Source of the DNA: Candidatus Sungiibacteriota bacterium
Lineage (GTDB): Bacteria; Patescibacteriota; Minisyncoccia; Sungbacterales; JACQCQ01
Reading direction: 5' to 3'
Assembly (NCBI GenBank): GCA_016201505.1
Contig: JACQCQ010000002.1
Span: forward strand, 12,750-76,749
Length of the DNA stretch: 64,000 nt
Made by a program: the position numbers and the translations under genes. Positions 16,239 through 25,245 of the stretch are shown here, one piece after another. The notes beneath the pieces are model-generated. The model was given only the letters and a program-made list of their open reading frames with translations. It did not search any database and was not told the DNA's origin. How positions within the stretch are numbered: position 1 is the stretch's first letter; the number at the start of each line of letters is the position of its first letter.

Positions 16239-17681
16239 ATGCGGTTTCGCACCTCGCTTACGCTTTCAGTCCTCGTCACCCTGCTCGTCGTGGGCCTCGT
16301 CATCGCCTCCTCACGCGCTATTTCGCCGATTTTGATTTCGGCAGAGCGCCAAAATTTGATTTCACTTTTTCCGATTGTCCAAAACGTAATTCTTGAGACT
16401 AATTCATTCCCCAAAGAGCGCATGCAGAAAATCCGCGACATCACGGGGGTTGATGTAACACTGCTCGATGAATCAAATCACATTCAACAAACGACGCTTG
16501 ACTCGTTGCGTCTCGGGACGGTGCTCTATATTGCTTCAGGCGAAGATACGATTTTTGATGTTGTGGCGATCAACGGCGTTTCTTCATTTATCCTGACGGC
16601 GCCGCTTAAATTAAACGGCGTGCCGTTGCGGCTCGTGATTTCAAAAAAAGATGATTTACTTGGTCCCTTTCTTGATGAATTTTTAACCGCCTCGGTGTTT
16701 GTCGTGTTACTCGGTCTCGCCGGTTCGATCGCTGTCGGCGTGTATATCGCCAGCCGCGAACGTTCGGCCTCATTTGCGCTTGAGCGTTCCTATGCCGAGC
16801 GCATGGAAACGGAAGTCAGGCGCACCAGGTCTTCAACCGAGGCCGAGATTGGAAGACGCATCAAAGCCGGCGAGAATGAAAAACGAGCCTTTCGTTCGGC
16901 ACTCGGTGCTTCTGATGAGGGCATCTTTGTGATTGACGCACTCGGGAAAATTATTTTTTTCAATCCAAAAATGGAAATCCTCTCGGGTTACGAGGAAGAG
17001 GGGGTTTTGAATCACGCTTTGTCTGGCATTATTTGGCTCACCAGAAAAGGCAAAGTTGATCAATTAACCGGCCTGATTCCGCGCGTTTTGGCGACCGGCG
17101 TGCCGGAAGTCTTTCCCCGTGATACTTTGCTGAAACGAAAAGATGGCAACTACGTTCCGGTTTCGGTAAAAACGGTGCCCGTCCGGGATGATACGCGTTC
17201 CGGCATCACGCACATTGTGGTAACGGTTGCGGCACTTCCCACCGAGCCACGCGTTGTGCCCGAGGAGGGCGCGCGCGAGGAGATAACGTTGTCTTTGCCC
17301 AAGCCCTTGCTCATGCCGAGCATAGAGACGCGCGAGATGGTTGATTTACGAAAACAGCAGGCCGTGCCAGTTTACGCGGCGCCAGCCCCCGCGATGAGTC
17401 TGCTAGAATCAAAACCTGCGGTTCATCCGGTGTCTGAATACGAGGCTGGGGCCTTAGAGACCAAAACGGCGGGCGAGACAAAATTAGAAGACACTTCACT
17501 ACTGACCGATCTTGAAGAATTGGGCCAGATCGTAAAAGAAACCATCCTGCCCCGTTTAGTAAAAAAAGAACCTGAGGCTCCTCCTGCGGCGCCACCTAGA
17601 GGGGCGAGCCTCGCCGCTGGCGGGCCGTCAAGCGCCACGGGCCTCGCCGCCGGCGGGCCGCCGGCCAATCTGCCCGTCTGA
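16239..17681 (+). CDS. Membrane-anchored PAS-domain protein with Pro/Ala-rich C-terminal tail (no kinase domain detected)
   Basis: N-terminal TM. Central PAS-like block GIFVIDALGKIIFFNPKMEILSGYEEEGVL...RKDGNYVPVSV. The C-terminus is low complexity. Confidence 0.55.
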   Translation: MRFRTSLTLSVLVTLLVVGLVIASSRAISPILISAERQNLISLFPIVQNVILETNSFPKERMQKIRDITGVDVTLLDESNHIQQTTLDSLRLGTVLYIASGEDTIFDVVAINGVSSFILTAPLKLNGVPLRLVISKKDDLLGPFLDEFLTASVFVVLLGLAGSIAVGVYIASRERSASFALERSYAERMETEVRRTRSSTEAEIGRRIKAGENEKRAFRSALGASDEGIFVIDALGKIIFFNPKMEILSGYEEEGVLNHALSGIIWLTRKGKVDQLTGLIPRVLATGVPEVFPRDTLLKRKDGNYVPVSVKTVPVRDDTRSGITHIVVTVAALPTEPRVVPEEGAREEITLSLPKPLLMPSIETREMVDLRKQQAVPVYAAPAPAMSLLESKPAVHPVSEYEAGALETKTAGETKLEDTSLLTDLEELGQIVKETILPRLVKKEPEAPPAAPPRGASLAAGGPSSATGLAAGGPPANLPV

Positions 17682-17745
17682 ACCTATATTGTACTATAGG
17701 ATGATATAGGTAAGCTCCAGCTCGTGGACGGGGTTTTCTGGCCGC

Positions 17746-17774
17746 TTGAGTAAAATAAAATTCCTCGTTATACT
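17746..17774 (+). promoter_or_regulatory. Sigma70-like promoter (TTGAGT - 17 nt - TATACT) upstream of the peroxiredoxin gene
   Basis: Hexamers and 17-nt spacing seen directly, about 30 nt upstream of the ATG. Confidence 0.5.
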
Positions 17775-17806
17775 TTGAGCGCCTAATCTTAACTCTTTTA
17801 TTTTTT

Positions 17807-18328
17807 ATGATAAAAGTTGGCGCACCCGCTCCGGAGTTTACACTCCAGGGGGTCATGAACCATAAAACCAAAGCTTATTCACTCGAAAAGCAGCGCGGCA
17901 AGTGGACGGTGATTTTTTTCTATCCGCTGGATTTTACCTTTGTCTGCCCAACCGAGATTCATGGCTTTGATAACCATATTAAAGAATTTAAAGATTTGAA
18001 CGCTGATGTCTGGGGAATTTCAGTTGACTCGGTGCACTCGCATCGCGCCTGGATCGAATCTGAATTTAAGAAACTTTCTTTCCCGTTGCTTTCAGATTTT
18101 AACAAAGAAATTATTCGCGAATACGAAATTGATACCGAGGAGCCGGAGGGGACAGTGGCGCTTCGCGGGACATTTATAATCGATCCCGAAGGATTACTTC
18201 GATACGTTGTTGTATCCGATAACAATGTTGGCCGGTCGGTTGAAGAGACCATCCGCGTTTTGCAAGCTTTACAGACCGGAAAACTTTGCCCCGTCGAGTG
18301 GGCAGTCGGGGAGAAGACGCTGAATTAA
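17807..18328 (+). CDS. Peroxiredoxin (AhpC/TSA family, 2-Cys type)
   Basis: Peroxidatic Cys motif FTFVCPTEI. Probable resolving Cys in KLCPVEW. Confidence 0.9.
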   Translation: MIKVGAPAPEFTLQGVMNHKTKAYSLEKQRGKWTVIFFYPLDFTFVCPTEIHGFDNHIKEFKDLNADVWGISVDSVHSHRAWIESEFKKLSFPLLSDFNKEIIREYEIDTEEPEGTVALRGTFIIDPEGLLRYVVVSDNNVGRSVEETIRVLQALQTGKLCPVEWAVGEKTLN

Positions 18329-18335
18329 GAATCAT

Positions 18336-18375
18336 GAGCCCAAAACCGTCTACAGGCGGTTTTGGGCGGTTTGCC
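18336..18375 (+). terminator. Hairpin terminator (CCCAAAACCG tctacag CGGTTTTGGG)
   Basis: 10-bp stem after the prx stop. Confidence 0.45.
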
Positions 18376-18463
18376 ACTCCCCATAAAACGCATATACTAG
18401 TCTTACTTCAATGAAAAAGGTAAAAAAAGAAACGTTTACCCCACGCCATAATTAAATTTTAAG

Positions 18464-19837
18464 ATGTCGGACAATACTTTTAAGAAAAAAGATGTTAAGC
18501 GGGTAAATTTTTCCAGACCGAACGATGGCGTGGGGGTGTATCTCGACTACGCCGGCGCGACACCGATGGATCCAGAGGTGAAACACGCCATGGAGCCATA
18601 TTTCGAGGATAAGTTCGGCAATCCCGCCGCGCTCTATCGAGACGGACGCCTGGCGAAAGACGCGATTGATGAATCACGCAAAACGATTGCGCGGATTTTG
18701 AATTGCCGCGAATCGGAAATTATTTTTACCGCCGGATCGACGGAGGCCGATAACATTGCATTGTTCGGCGTGGCTGAAGCTGTGGCGGGGAATAGGGCAT
18801 GGGGCATAGGGAATGGAAACGGGCATCTGATTATTTCGGCCATCGAGCATCATGTGGTCTTAAATTCTGCCGAGGCTTTAAAACGGAAAGGCTTTGAAGT
18901 CTCGCTTGCTCCGGTTGATGCAGAGGGCATCGTAAACCTGGATGAATTAAAAAAATTAATTCGGTCGGATACATTTTTAGTTTCCGTCATGTACGCTAAT
19001 AATGAGATCGGCACCATCCAGCCGCTTTATGAAATCGGGAAAATAATAAAACAGGTCCGCGAGGCTCGAAAAGCATCGGGCAACAATCTGCCAATTTATT
19101 TTCACTCGGACGGGGCGCAGGCCGTGGGCGCTTGTGATTTGGACACGCAAAAACCCGGCCTTGATTTATTTGTGATTTCTGGATCCAAGATTTATGGGCC
19201 GAAAGCCATCGGCGCCCTTTATATACGAAGAGGCACGCCAGTCAGGCCGATGTTTTTCGGCGGCGGGCAGGAGAATAATTTGCGCTCCGGCACGGAAAAT
19301 GTTCCAGCGATCGTGGGACTGGCGAAAGCGCTCGAACTCGCCGAAGCCAAAAGGAATCCGCCGACTGGCGGAGAAAATACGCGGCTCATCAAATTACGCG
19401 ACTATTTCATCAAACGGCTTGTAACAGAAATCCCCAAAACAATTTTAAACGGGCACGCGACACGGCGCCTCCCCAATAACGTGAACGTCTCGATCTTGGA
19501 TATTGAAGGCGAGGCGGCAGTCTTATATTTAGATGCGCACAGCATCTCGATTTCCACCGGCTCGGCCTGCACCTCGCTGACACTTGATCCCTCGCACGTC
19601 ATTTTGGCGCTTGGCCGCCCCTATGAGCACGCGCATTCGTCGCTCCGGTTTTCGCTCGGCCGCAAGACGACGAAAGAAGACATTGATTATGTGATGGAAG
19701 TTTTGCCTCAAGTTATCGCGCGGCTCCGTCAGATTTCGCCGCTTAACATGAAGGTGGATCAAAAAGAAATTTCGCACCCCGAAGCCTTTGCGGGGCAGGG
19801 AGCGAGGGTGAAAGTGGGGGGGCAAAAATATAAATAA
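18464..19837 (+). CDS. Cysteine desulfurase (NifS/IscS family, class V aminotransferase)
   Basis: PLP-lysine region SGSKIYGPKAIGALY and active-site loop SSGSACTS. Followed by an IscU/NifU scaffold gene. Confidence 0.9.
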   Translation: MSDNTFKKKDVKRVNFSRPNDGVGVYLDYAGATPMDPEVKHAMEPYFEDKFGNPAALYRDGRLAKDAIDESRKTIARILNCRESEIIFTAGSTEADNIALFGVAEAVAGNRAWGIGNGNGHLIISAIEHHVVLNSAEALKRKGFEVSLAPVDAEGIVNLDELKKLIRSDTFLVSVMYANNEIGTIQPLYEIGKIIKQVREARKASGNNLPIYFHSDGAQAVGACDLDTQKPGLDLFVISGSKIYGPKAIGALYIRRGTPVRPMFFGGGQENNLRSGTENVPAIVGLAKALELAEAKRNPPTGGENTRLIKLRDYFIKRLVTEIPKTILNGHATRRLPNNVNVSILDIEGEAAVLYLDAHSISISTGSACTSLTLDPSHVILALGRPYEHAHSSLRFSLGRKTTKEDIDYVMEVLPQVIARLRQISPLNMKVDQKEISHPEAFAGQGARVKVGGQKYK

Positions 19838-19987
19838 GTTCGCTGCCGTTTCTGCAATACATGCCAAAATTCAATGTAAAGAATTTTGCCCTCACGCTCG
19901 TCATAACTCCGCGATGATTTCAGAAACGGCAGCTTCACAAGAGCTGGCTGTAGGTATTCAAAAGAAGTAAATAATAATTTTGTAAAA

Positions 19988-21781
19988 ATGCCTGAACCGA
20001 TCGACGTCATAAACCAATATACGGGTGAAAAATGGTATTACTCGGATCAGGTAAAGGATCACTTTTTTAATCCGCGGAATTTGCTGCTCGACGACCCAAA
20101 AGAAGGCGAGTATAACGCGATGGGGCTCGTCGGGAGCCCGGCCTGTGTTGATCCCGCCACTTTAATTCAGACTAATCCCGCGTCGAAGAGAATTGATGAG
20201 GTATCTAAAAAGGAAAAGGTTCTAGGCCATGACGGTTATTTTCATTCAGTAGAAAGAATTTTTAAGCCTCGCTATGCGAGTGAAGTGATAAAAATAAAAA
20301 ATCAGCTGGGAACATTATCGGCGAGTCCCGACCATTTAATATTTGCCATACAAATCCCTCGAACAAAATCAAAATTCTTTCATACCTATCGAAAAAAGAA
20401 ACTTCCGATTTCCTGGGTCCATGCGGGTGATTTAAAAAAAGGAGATATTGTTCTCTATCCAATTCCGCAAGAAGTGCGGGAAATGAAAGAAATTGTTCTG
20501 CCTGAATTTGTAAAAAAAGTCTGGGATTTTAAAAGTAAATCATTGCCGTCTCGCATCCCGATTCAAAAAGATCTTTTGGAGCTTTTTGGCTACTTTGTGG
20601 CAGAAGGACACACGAGAGATAGCGGAAAAGAGGCGGGATTTACGTTTAGTATTAACGAGAAGATATTTGCTGAGCGTGTTAGATTCTTGGCGCGGAAATA
20701 TTTTCATGTCGAGTCCGTCATTCGTGAGCGGAGAGAAAGTAATCGCATCGATGTCGCAATCTACAGCGTCCAGCTTTCAAGACTTTTCCGTGAGTGGTTT
20801 GGATCAGGCGCTGCAGAAAAGCGTGCACCAGGATGGCTGATGTTTCTTTCACCTGAACTGCAGGCAGGATTTATCCGCGGCATCTGGCGCGGCGACGGGT
20901 ATTTTAATGCAATCCGATCACAACCTCGAGCTGGTTTTGCGACGATTTCAAGAACTCTTATTCATCAAATGCGCTGGCTTCTTCTACGACAAAAAATTGC
21001 GCCGTCGTTCTATCGCGGACAAGCTTCCATCAAAAAAGGAGTTTCTCATAAAGCTTCATATCGGATTCATATTGGTGGTATGAATTCGCTCGAACGGCTT
21101 GCGGCAATTTTGGAAATTCCCTTTTCTCGAGATGTGAGTAAGCAACACGCCGAAGAAGTTTGGTTTGATGAAGAGTATATGTATCTTCCAATTCGGAATT
21201 GTACCATCGGAACTTTTAGCGGCAGACTCGCTAATTTTGAAGTGGCAGAATCTCATTCATATACAACTGATGCTTTTCTTGTTCATAACTGCGGCGATAT
21301 GATGCACATTTGGATGAAAATTAATCCGGAGTCGGAGCGGGTGACTGATTTAAAGTGGCGCACCTTCGGCTGCGGTTCGGCGATTGCCGCAACCTCGATG
21401 TTTTCGGTGATGGTAACGGAGAGCGGCGGGAGGACTTTGGAAGAGGCGCGCGGCATCAAGCCCCAACACATCATGGAGCGGCTCGGCGGACTGCCCAATC
21501 GAAAAATTCACTGCTCGGTCTTGGTAGATAAAGCCTTCCAGAAAGCGGCTAATGATTATTTTAGAAAAATCGGGAAGTACGAAAAGATTGTCGTTGAGGG
21601 CGCCAAAGTCATTGATGCGGGAACGCAGACGACCGATAAAGATATTGAGGAGGCGGTGCTGGAGGGCGCGGTTGATTTGGATGCGGTTCAGAAAAAGTTA
21701 AAAGTCGGCATCGGCAATCCAGAAATAATTCCCGAAGTCGAGCAACTCATCCGCTTCTATAAAGAGAAGTACTACGGCTAG
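19988..21781 (+). CDS. IscU/NifU-type Fe-S scaffold protein interrupted by an intein (extein about 215 aa)
   Basis: Exteins YSDQVKDHFFNPRN...GSPA | CGDMMHIWMKI...TFGCGSAIAATS...KIHCSVL match IscU blocks. A 382-aa insert lies immediately before the conserved CGD cysteine. Confidence 0.85.
   Translation: MPEPIDVINQYTGEKWYYSDQVKDHFFNPRNLLLDDPKEGEYNAMGLVGSPACVDPATLIQTNPASKRIDEVSKKEKVLGHDGYFHSVERIFKPRYASEVIKIKNQLGTLSASPDHLIFAIQIPRTKSKFFHTYRKKKLPISWVHAGDLKKGDIVLYPIPQEVREMKEIVLPEFVKKVWDFKSKSLPSRIPIQKDLLELFGYFVAEGHTRDSGKEAGFTFSINEKIFAERVRFLARKYFHVESVIRERRESNRIDVAIYSVQLSRLFREWFGSGAAEKRAPGWLMFLSPELQAGFIRGIWRGDGYFNAIRSQPRAGFATISRTLIHQMRWLLLRQKIAPSFYRGQASIKKGVSHKASYRIHIGGMNSLERLAAILEIPFSRDVSKQHAEEVWFDEEYMYLPIRNCTIGTFSGRLANFEVAESHSYTTDAFLVHNCGDMMHIWMKINPESERVTDLKWRTFGCGSAIAATSMFSVMVTESGGRTLEEARGIKPQHIMERLGGLPNRKIHCSVLVDKAFQKAANDYFRKIGKYEKIVVEGAKVIDAGTQTTDKDIEEAVLEGAVDLDAVQKKLKVGIGNPEIIPEVEQLIRFYKEKYYG
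20144..21289 (+). other. Intein with LAGLIDADG homing-endonuclease domain inside IscU
   Basis: Starts with Cys (CVDPATLIQ, block A) and ends ...AFLVHN followed by the extein Cys. Block B TxxH-like SPDHLIFA. Two LAGLIDADG-like motifs (LFGYFVAEGH and GFIRGIWRGDGYF). The insert is in frame and a multiple of 3 (1146 nt). Confidence 0.8.
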
Positions 21782-21926
21782 CAGCGAGGGAAAAATGAAA
21801 ATATCAATTTTCATTTTGGCCGAGCGAACTAGCCGATGAGCGGAGCGAGTGCAAGGAGCAGCGAGGGAAAAATTAAAATATCAATTTTCATTTTGGCCGA
21901 GCGAACTAGCCGATGAGCGGAGCGAA
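21780..21926 (+). repeat. Tandem direct repeat, 2 x about 69 bp (1 mismatch, 8-bp spacer), each unit with an 11-bp stem hairpin AAAATGAAAAT atca ATTTTCATTTT
   Basis: Seen directly downstream of the iscU stop. Confidence 0.7.
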
Positions 21927-21985
21927 TACAGCTCCCCTCCCCCGCGTTAAGAGGTTTTAGTGAATAAAATAACAAGACCCGGCGA

Positions 21986-22619
21986 TTACTTCTTCGCCAG
22001 GTCTTTGGCCTCTTTGGGGACGGCGCACTTCATGGTGCCGCGCTGCCAGCCTCGGAGGCCGGCCGCCAGCAGGCGTATCGTGAGCCAGCCGCATTCGGCC
22101 AGCAGGATCGGCAGGCCGGCCGCCAGGCAGAAGAACTTCTCTGTCTTTGTCATCGGCTCTTTGCGGTATTTCTCGATAAGCCGCAAGAGACGATGATTAA
22201 CGCCGACGTAGAGGCAGAACGACACGATCGCGATCGCGAGGCGCACCGCTTTTCACCTCCTTCGAGGCCGATGCCGCGTGGAGTCCCCCGTCGATGTAGC
22301 GAACTCCTTCCCAGAGCACGATGACGACTGGGGCGAGCCCGAAGAAACCGTACATCTGGTCTCGATAGCCGATGAGGATCGCGAGGATGTTGAGCGACCA
22401 AACGATGAGAGGCGAGAGGATTGTGATCAGCACAATCATCCCCAACTTGAAAGCCAGAGAGCCCATAGTTCCTCCATGTCGAAGTTCGCCACTTGATTGC
22501 GAAAGATCCGCGTTTATACCTACAATGTACAGGTATGGAGAGTCAAGCGCCAGATATAAAGCCCAAAAAAATTGGGAAGATCGTTGTCGATCGCAATTTG
22601 TGCATCGGCGCGGCCTCAT
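21986..22619 (-). CDS. Hypothetical membrane protein in a GC-rich islet. Two overlapping minus-strand ORFs (22197..22619 and 21986..22246) may be one frameshifted gene.
   Basis: Hydrophobic segments in both ORFs. Gene boundaries are uncertain. Confidence 0.3.
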
Positions 22620-22786
22620 GCGTGGCTGTCGCTCCCGGTGTTTTTGAGTTGGACGGCGAAAATAAGGCCGTGGTGCATAATCCGGAAGGTGCGGATTTTG
22701 AGACCATCATGCTGGCCGCCAAATCCTGCCCGACGATGGCGATTTATGTTTTCGATACGGAGGGGAATCAGATTTACCCCGTTTAG
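22535..22786 (+). CDS. Small single-cluster ferredoxin
   Basis: CIGAASC..C-type cluster cysteines (CIGAASCVAVAP ... KSCP). Confidence 0.7.
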   Translation: MESQAPDIKPKKIGKIVVDRNLCIGAASCVAVAPGVFELDGENKAVVHNPEGADFETIMLAAKSCPTMAIYVFDTEGNQIYPV

Positions 22787-22993
22787 AAAATTTAACTTGT
22801 GACAGTAATATTGTTGTACATGTTATTGGGATTCTATGCCTTGAGTTTTGTAAGAGCTACGTATAAATTTTCTAACGGGGTGTATCCGGAGTAAGGTAAA
22901 ATGCTAAATCCGAAGCACGAAGCACTAAACAAATTCTAATGACAAAAATCCAAAGCTCAAAACGTTTAGAATTTAAGGTTTTGAATTTAGATA

Positions 22994-23338
22994 TTGTTTC
23001 GGATTTCGCATGCCGAATTTATGAGAATAGCGTGTAAAGTCGATGATGCGGGATTAAATTCTCGCGGCTGGAAAGTATTTGATTGTTTCGGCGGGAAAAC
23101 CTGTCTTGTTATTAAAGAGGGCGAGGCATATCGGGGGTTTGTAAACACCTGTCCACATATGCAAGGCGAAGTGCGTCCGTGGGATAAGACAACGGGCGAG
23201 CGCGTGTTACAATGCAAGACGCACGGCGCCGAGTTTGATTACGCAACAGGCGCGCGCCTTTCTGGCCCGCCGCCGGAAGGCTCGAGTCTTCGCGCCTTAC
23301 AATTTTTTGTCGAGCAGGACGTCATTTATTATAAATAA
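22994..23338 (+). CDS. Rieske [2Fe-2S] domain protein
   Basis: Rieske boxes CPHMQGEV and CKTHGAEF, about 20 residues apart. Confidence 0.65.
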   Translation: MFRISHAEFMRIACKVDDAGLNSRGWKVFDCFGGKTCLVIKEGEAYRGFVNTCPHMQGEVRPWDKTTGERVLQCKTHGAEFDYATGARLSGPPPEGSSLRALQFFVEQDVIYYK

Positions 23339-23375
23339 TCTTAATTCTTTATTCTTAATTCATAATTCTACGCAC

Positions 23376-23969
23376 ATGGATCTAAAGCCGTTAAAATATA
23401 CTTCACTCGAAGGACTGTCCGAGAAGCAGTTAAAAGAACACCACGACGTGTTGTATGCCGGGTATGTTAAAAAGACGAATGAAATTCGTGAGGCGCTGGC
23501 CAACGTCGATCTTGCAAAATCGAATGCCACATTTTCAGATTTGCGTGAGCTGAAATTAGAAGAGACCTTCGCCCTAAACGGTGTCAAATTGCACGAGGCT
23601 TATTTTGACAATATGGCGGCGGGGAAAGTCTCCGGGGGTCTCGCAAAAAAATGGATCGAGGAGGATTTTGGTTCATTTGAAAAATGGGCCGAAGATTTTA
23701 AGGCGACCGGCATCGGCGCGCGCGGCTGGGTGGTGCTGGCCTTTGACCTCGATGAAGGAAAACTGCGAACATTTCTCTGCGATGCGCACAATCAGGGCGG
23801 CGTCTGGAATACTATTGCGCTGCTTATCATGGATGTTTACGAGCACGCGTATTTTATTGACTACGCCACCGGGAGAAAGAACTACATAGAAACTTTTATG
23901 AAATTAATTGATTGGGGAGAGGTCAATCGGAGACTTGGGCTTTACGGACTCGAAAAGTTTAGAAAGTAA
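23376..23969 (+). CDS. Fe/Mn superoxide dismutase
   Basis: N-terminal HHDVLYAGYV and C-terminal DVYEHAYFIDY metal-ligand motifs. ATG 23376 chosen (198 aa). Confidence 0.9.
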   Translation: MDLKPLKYTSLEGLSEKQLKEHHDVLYAGYVKKTNEIREALANVDLAKSNATFSDLRELKLEETFALNGVKLHEAYFDNMAAGKVSGGLAKKWIEEDFGSFEKWAEDFKATGIGARGWVVLAFDLDEGKLRTFLCDAHNQGGVWNTIALLIMDVYEHAYFIDYATGRKNYIETFMKLIDWGEVNRRLGLYGLEKFRK

Positions 23970-23995
23970 TCTGTTGCGGCGGATAAAAAAAGATC

Positions 23996-24023
23996 CCCGG
24001 GCCGCGTGTCTACGCGGCCCGGG
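23996..24023. terminator. Hairpin (12-bp stem CCCGGGCCGCGT / ACGCGGCCCGGG) between convergent genes, with an A-run on the + strand and a T-run on the - strand
   Basis: Seen directly. Probably terminates the minus-strand gene 24040..24588. Confidence 0.5.
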
Positions 24024-24039
24024 GGTGAGCCCCGGAGTG

Positions 24040-24588
24040 TCATCTGACTGTCTCGTAAAATAACAGATTGTGATCGATCCCGGCCTCGAAATCAACCAGT
24101 GGCGGCAAATCCTTGCCCTCGCTGGGCTTTCGGAAATAGAGCTCGAGCGCCAGCTCCCCGAAAATTCCCGCCTCGAGTAGTTCGCTGGCGACAAGGCGTC
24201 TCGCCCGCAGTTCCGTGCGGCAATCCTCGAACTCGACCGACTCAATCTCGCTCTCCATGAGGGGGATGAGACGCAAGGTGTAGCCGAGGACGAGGCCTGA
24301 TTTGTTTTTCACCTCACGCACCTCTGCGGCCAGCATGAGGTAGTCCGTCTTTGATTCGATCTGCAGTCGAATCCGTGCGGCCAGCAGGTTGCGAACGATG
24401 TCCTCCAGCCTGGTCTTTCCAACCGATGAGGCCGAGGCCAAGAGGTGATCAGCGTTGATCACCGGCCAATGAATGATCGGCCCGCCATCGACTAGGAGGT
24501 TACCGGAAACCGAGTCGCCATTTCTTGTAACGCGCATGCTTTCTCCTTTTGCTCCGGGGATGAAATAGGACGCCATAAACATTGACAC
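24040..24588 (-). CDS. Hypothetical protein (182 aa), GC-rich
   Basis: Long ORF with a terminator downstream on its own strand. No recognisable motif. Confidence 0.4.
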   Translation of the reverse strand: MSMFMASYFIPGAKGESMRVTRNGDSVSGNLLVDGGPIIHWPVINADHLLASASSVGKTRLEDIVRNLLAARIRLQIESKTDYLMLAAEVREVKNKSGLVLGYTLRLIPLMESEIESVEFEDCRTELRARRLVASELLEAGIFGELALELYFRKPSEGKDLPPLVDFEAGIDHNLLFYETVR

Positions 24589-24637
24589 TTTGCAAGCTTA
24601 TTGTCAAATGGAACGCAAAATGGCATAGTAAAAAATC

Positions 24638-24865
24638 ATGGACCAAGTACCGATCAAGAAACAGCGCCTCTACTACGCGGCACTGGCCGTCGCCATTTTA
24701 AATCCGATTCTTTCAGGACTGATTTTGGGTATCGCCATGCTGCGCGAGCCGAATTTAAAACATGAAGGCAGGATTGTGCTTATGTTTTCTGTTGTCTGGG
24801 GCACCCTGGTTTTACTGCTGGTGGGGAAATACAATAGCCAAATCGTTTCATTTTTCCAGAATTAG
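24638..24865 (+). CDS. Small 2-TM membrane protein, hypothetical
   Basis: 75-aa hydrophobic ORF divergent from the previous gene. Confidence 0.3.
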   Translation: MDQVPIKKQRLYYAALAVAILNPILSGLILGIAMLREPNLKHEGRIVLMFSVVWGTLVLLLVGKYNSQIVSFFQN

Positions 24866-24972
24866 ACGCGGTCCCGTTAGAAAATTAAGCTGTATCTCGC
24901 AGAAAATAAATGACGAAAATTTTAGAAGAAATCAGAAATTACATTAAAGTCACTGGTTAATTTTCTAACGGG

Positions 24973-25197
24973 ATGAAAGAAGCCATTGAACAAGCGCTGG
25001 ATTCAGTCCGTCCCATGCTCGCCCTCCATCGCGGCGGCGTGGATTTTGTTGCCTATAATGAAGAGACCAAAACCGTCCAGGTCAGGTTAAAGGGAACGTG
25101 TCACGGCTGTCCGCTGTCGAGCCTCACCTTAAAAGCTGGCATCGAGGAGATTTTAAAAGAGAAGGTTCCGGGGGTGCTCTATGTTGAGTCGGTGTAA
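24973..25197 (+). CDS. NifU C-terminal domain / Nfu-type Fe-S cluster carrier
   Basis: GTCHGCP CxxC motif in a 74-aa protein. Confidence 0.75.
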   Translation: MKEAIEQALDSVRPMLALHRGGVDFVAYNEETKTVQVRLKGTCHGCPLSSLTLKAGIEEILKEKVPGVLYVESV

Positions 25198-25245
25198 TAT
25201 CGCTTGGATTTTTTTGTAAGTAATAGGTGCTTTCAAGGTACCCGC

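Noticed and set aside
21780-21926. Possible CRISPR array
   Set aside because: There are only two near-identical 69-bp units with an 8-bp spacer and no variable spacers. No cas genes are nearby.
23235-23375. Upstream extension of the SOD ORF (start at 23235)
   Set aside because: It would overlap the Rieske gene by about 100 nt. The conserved SOD N-terminus begins at the ATG at 23376.
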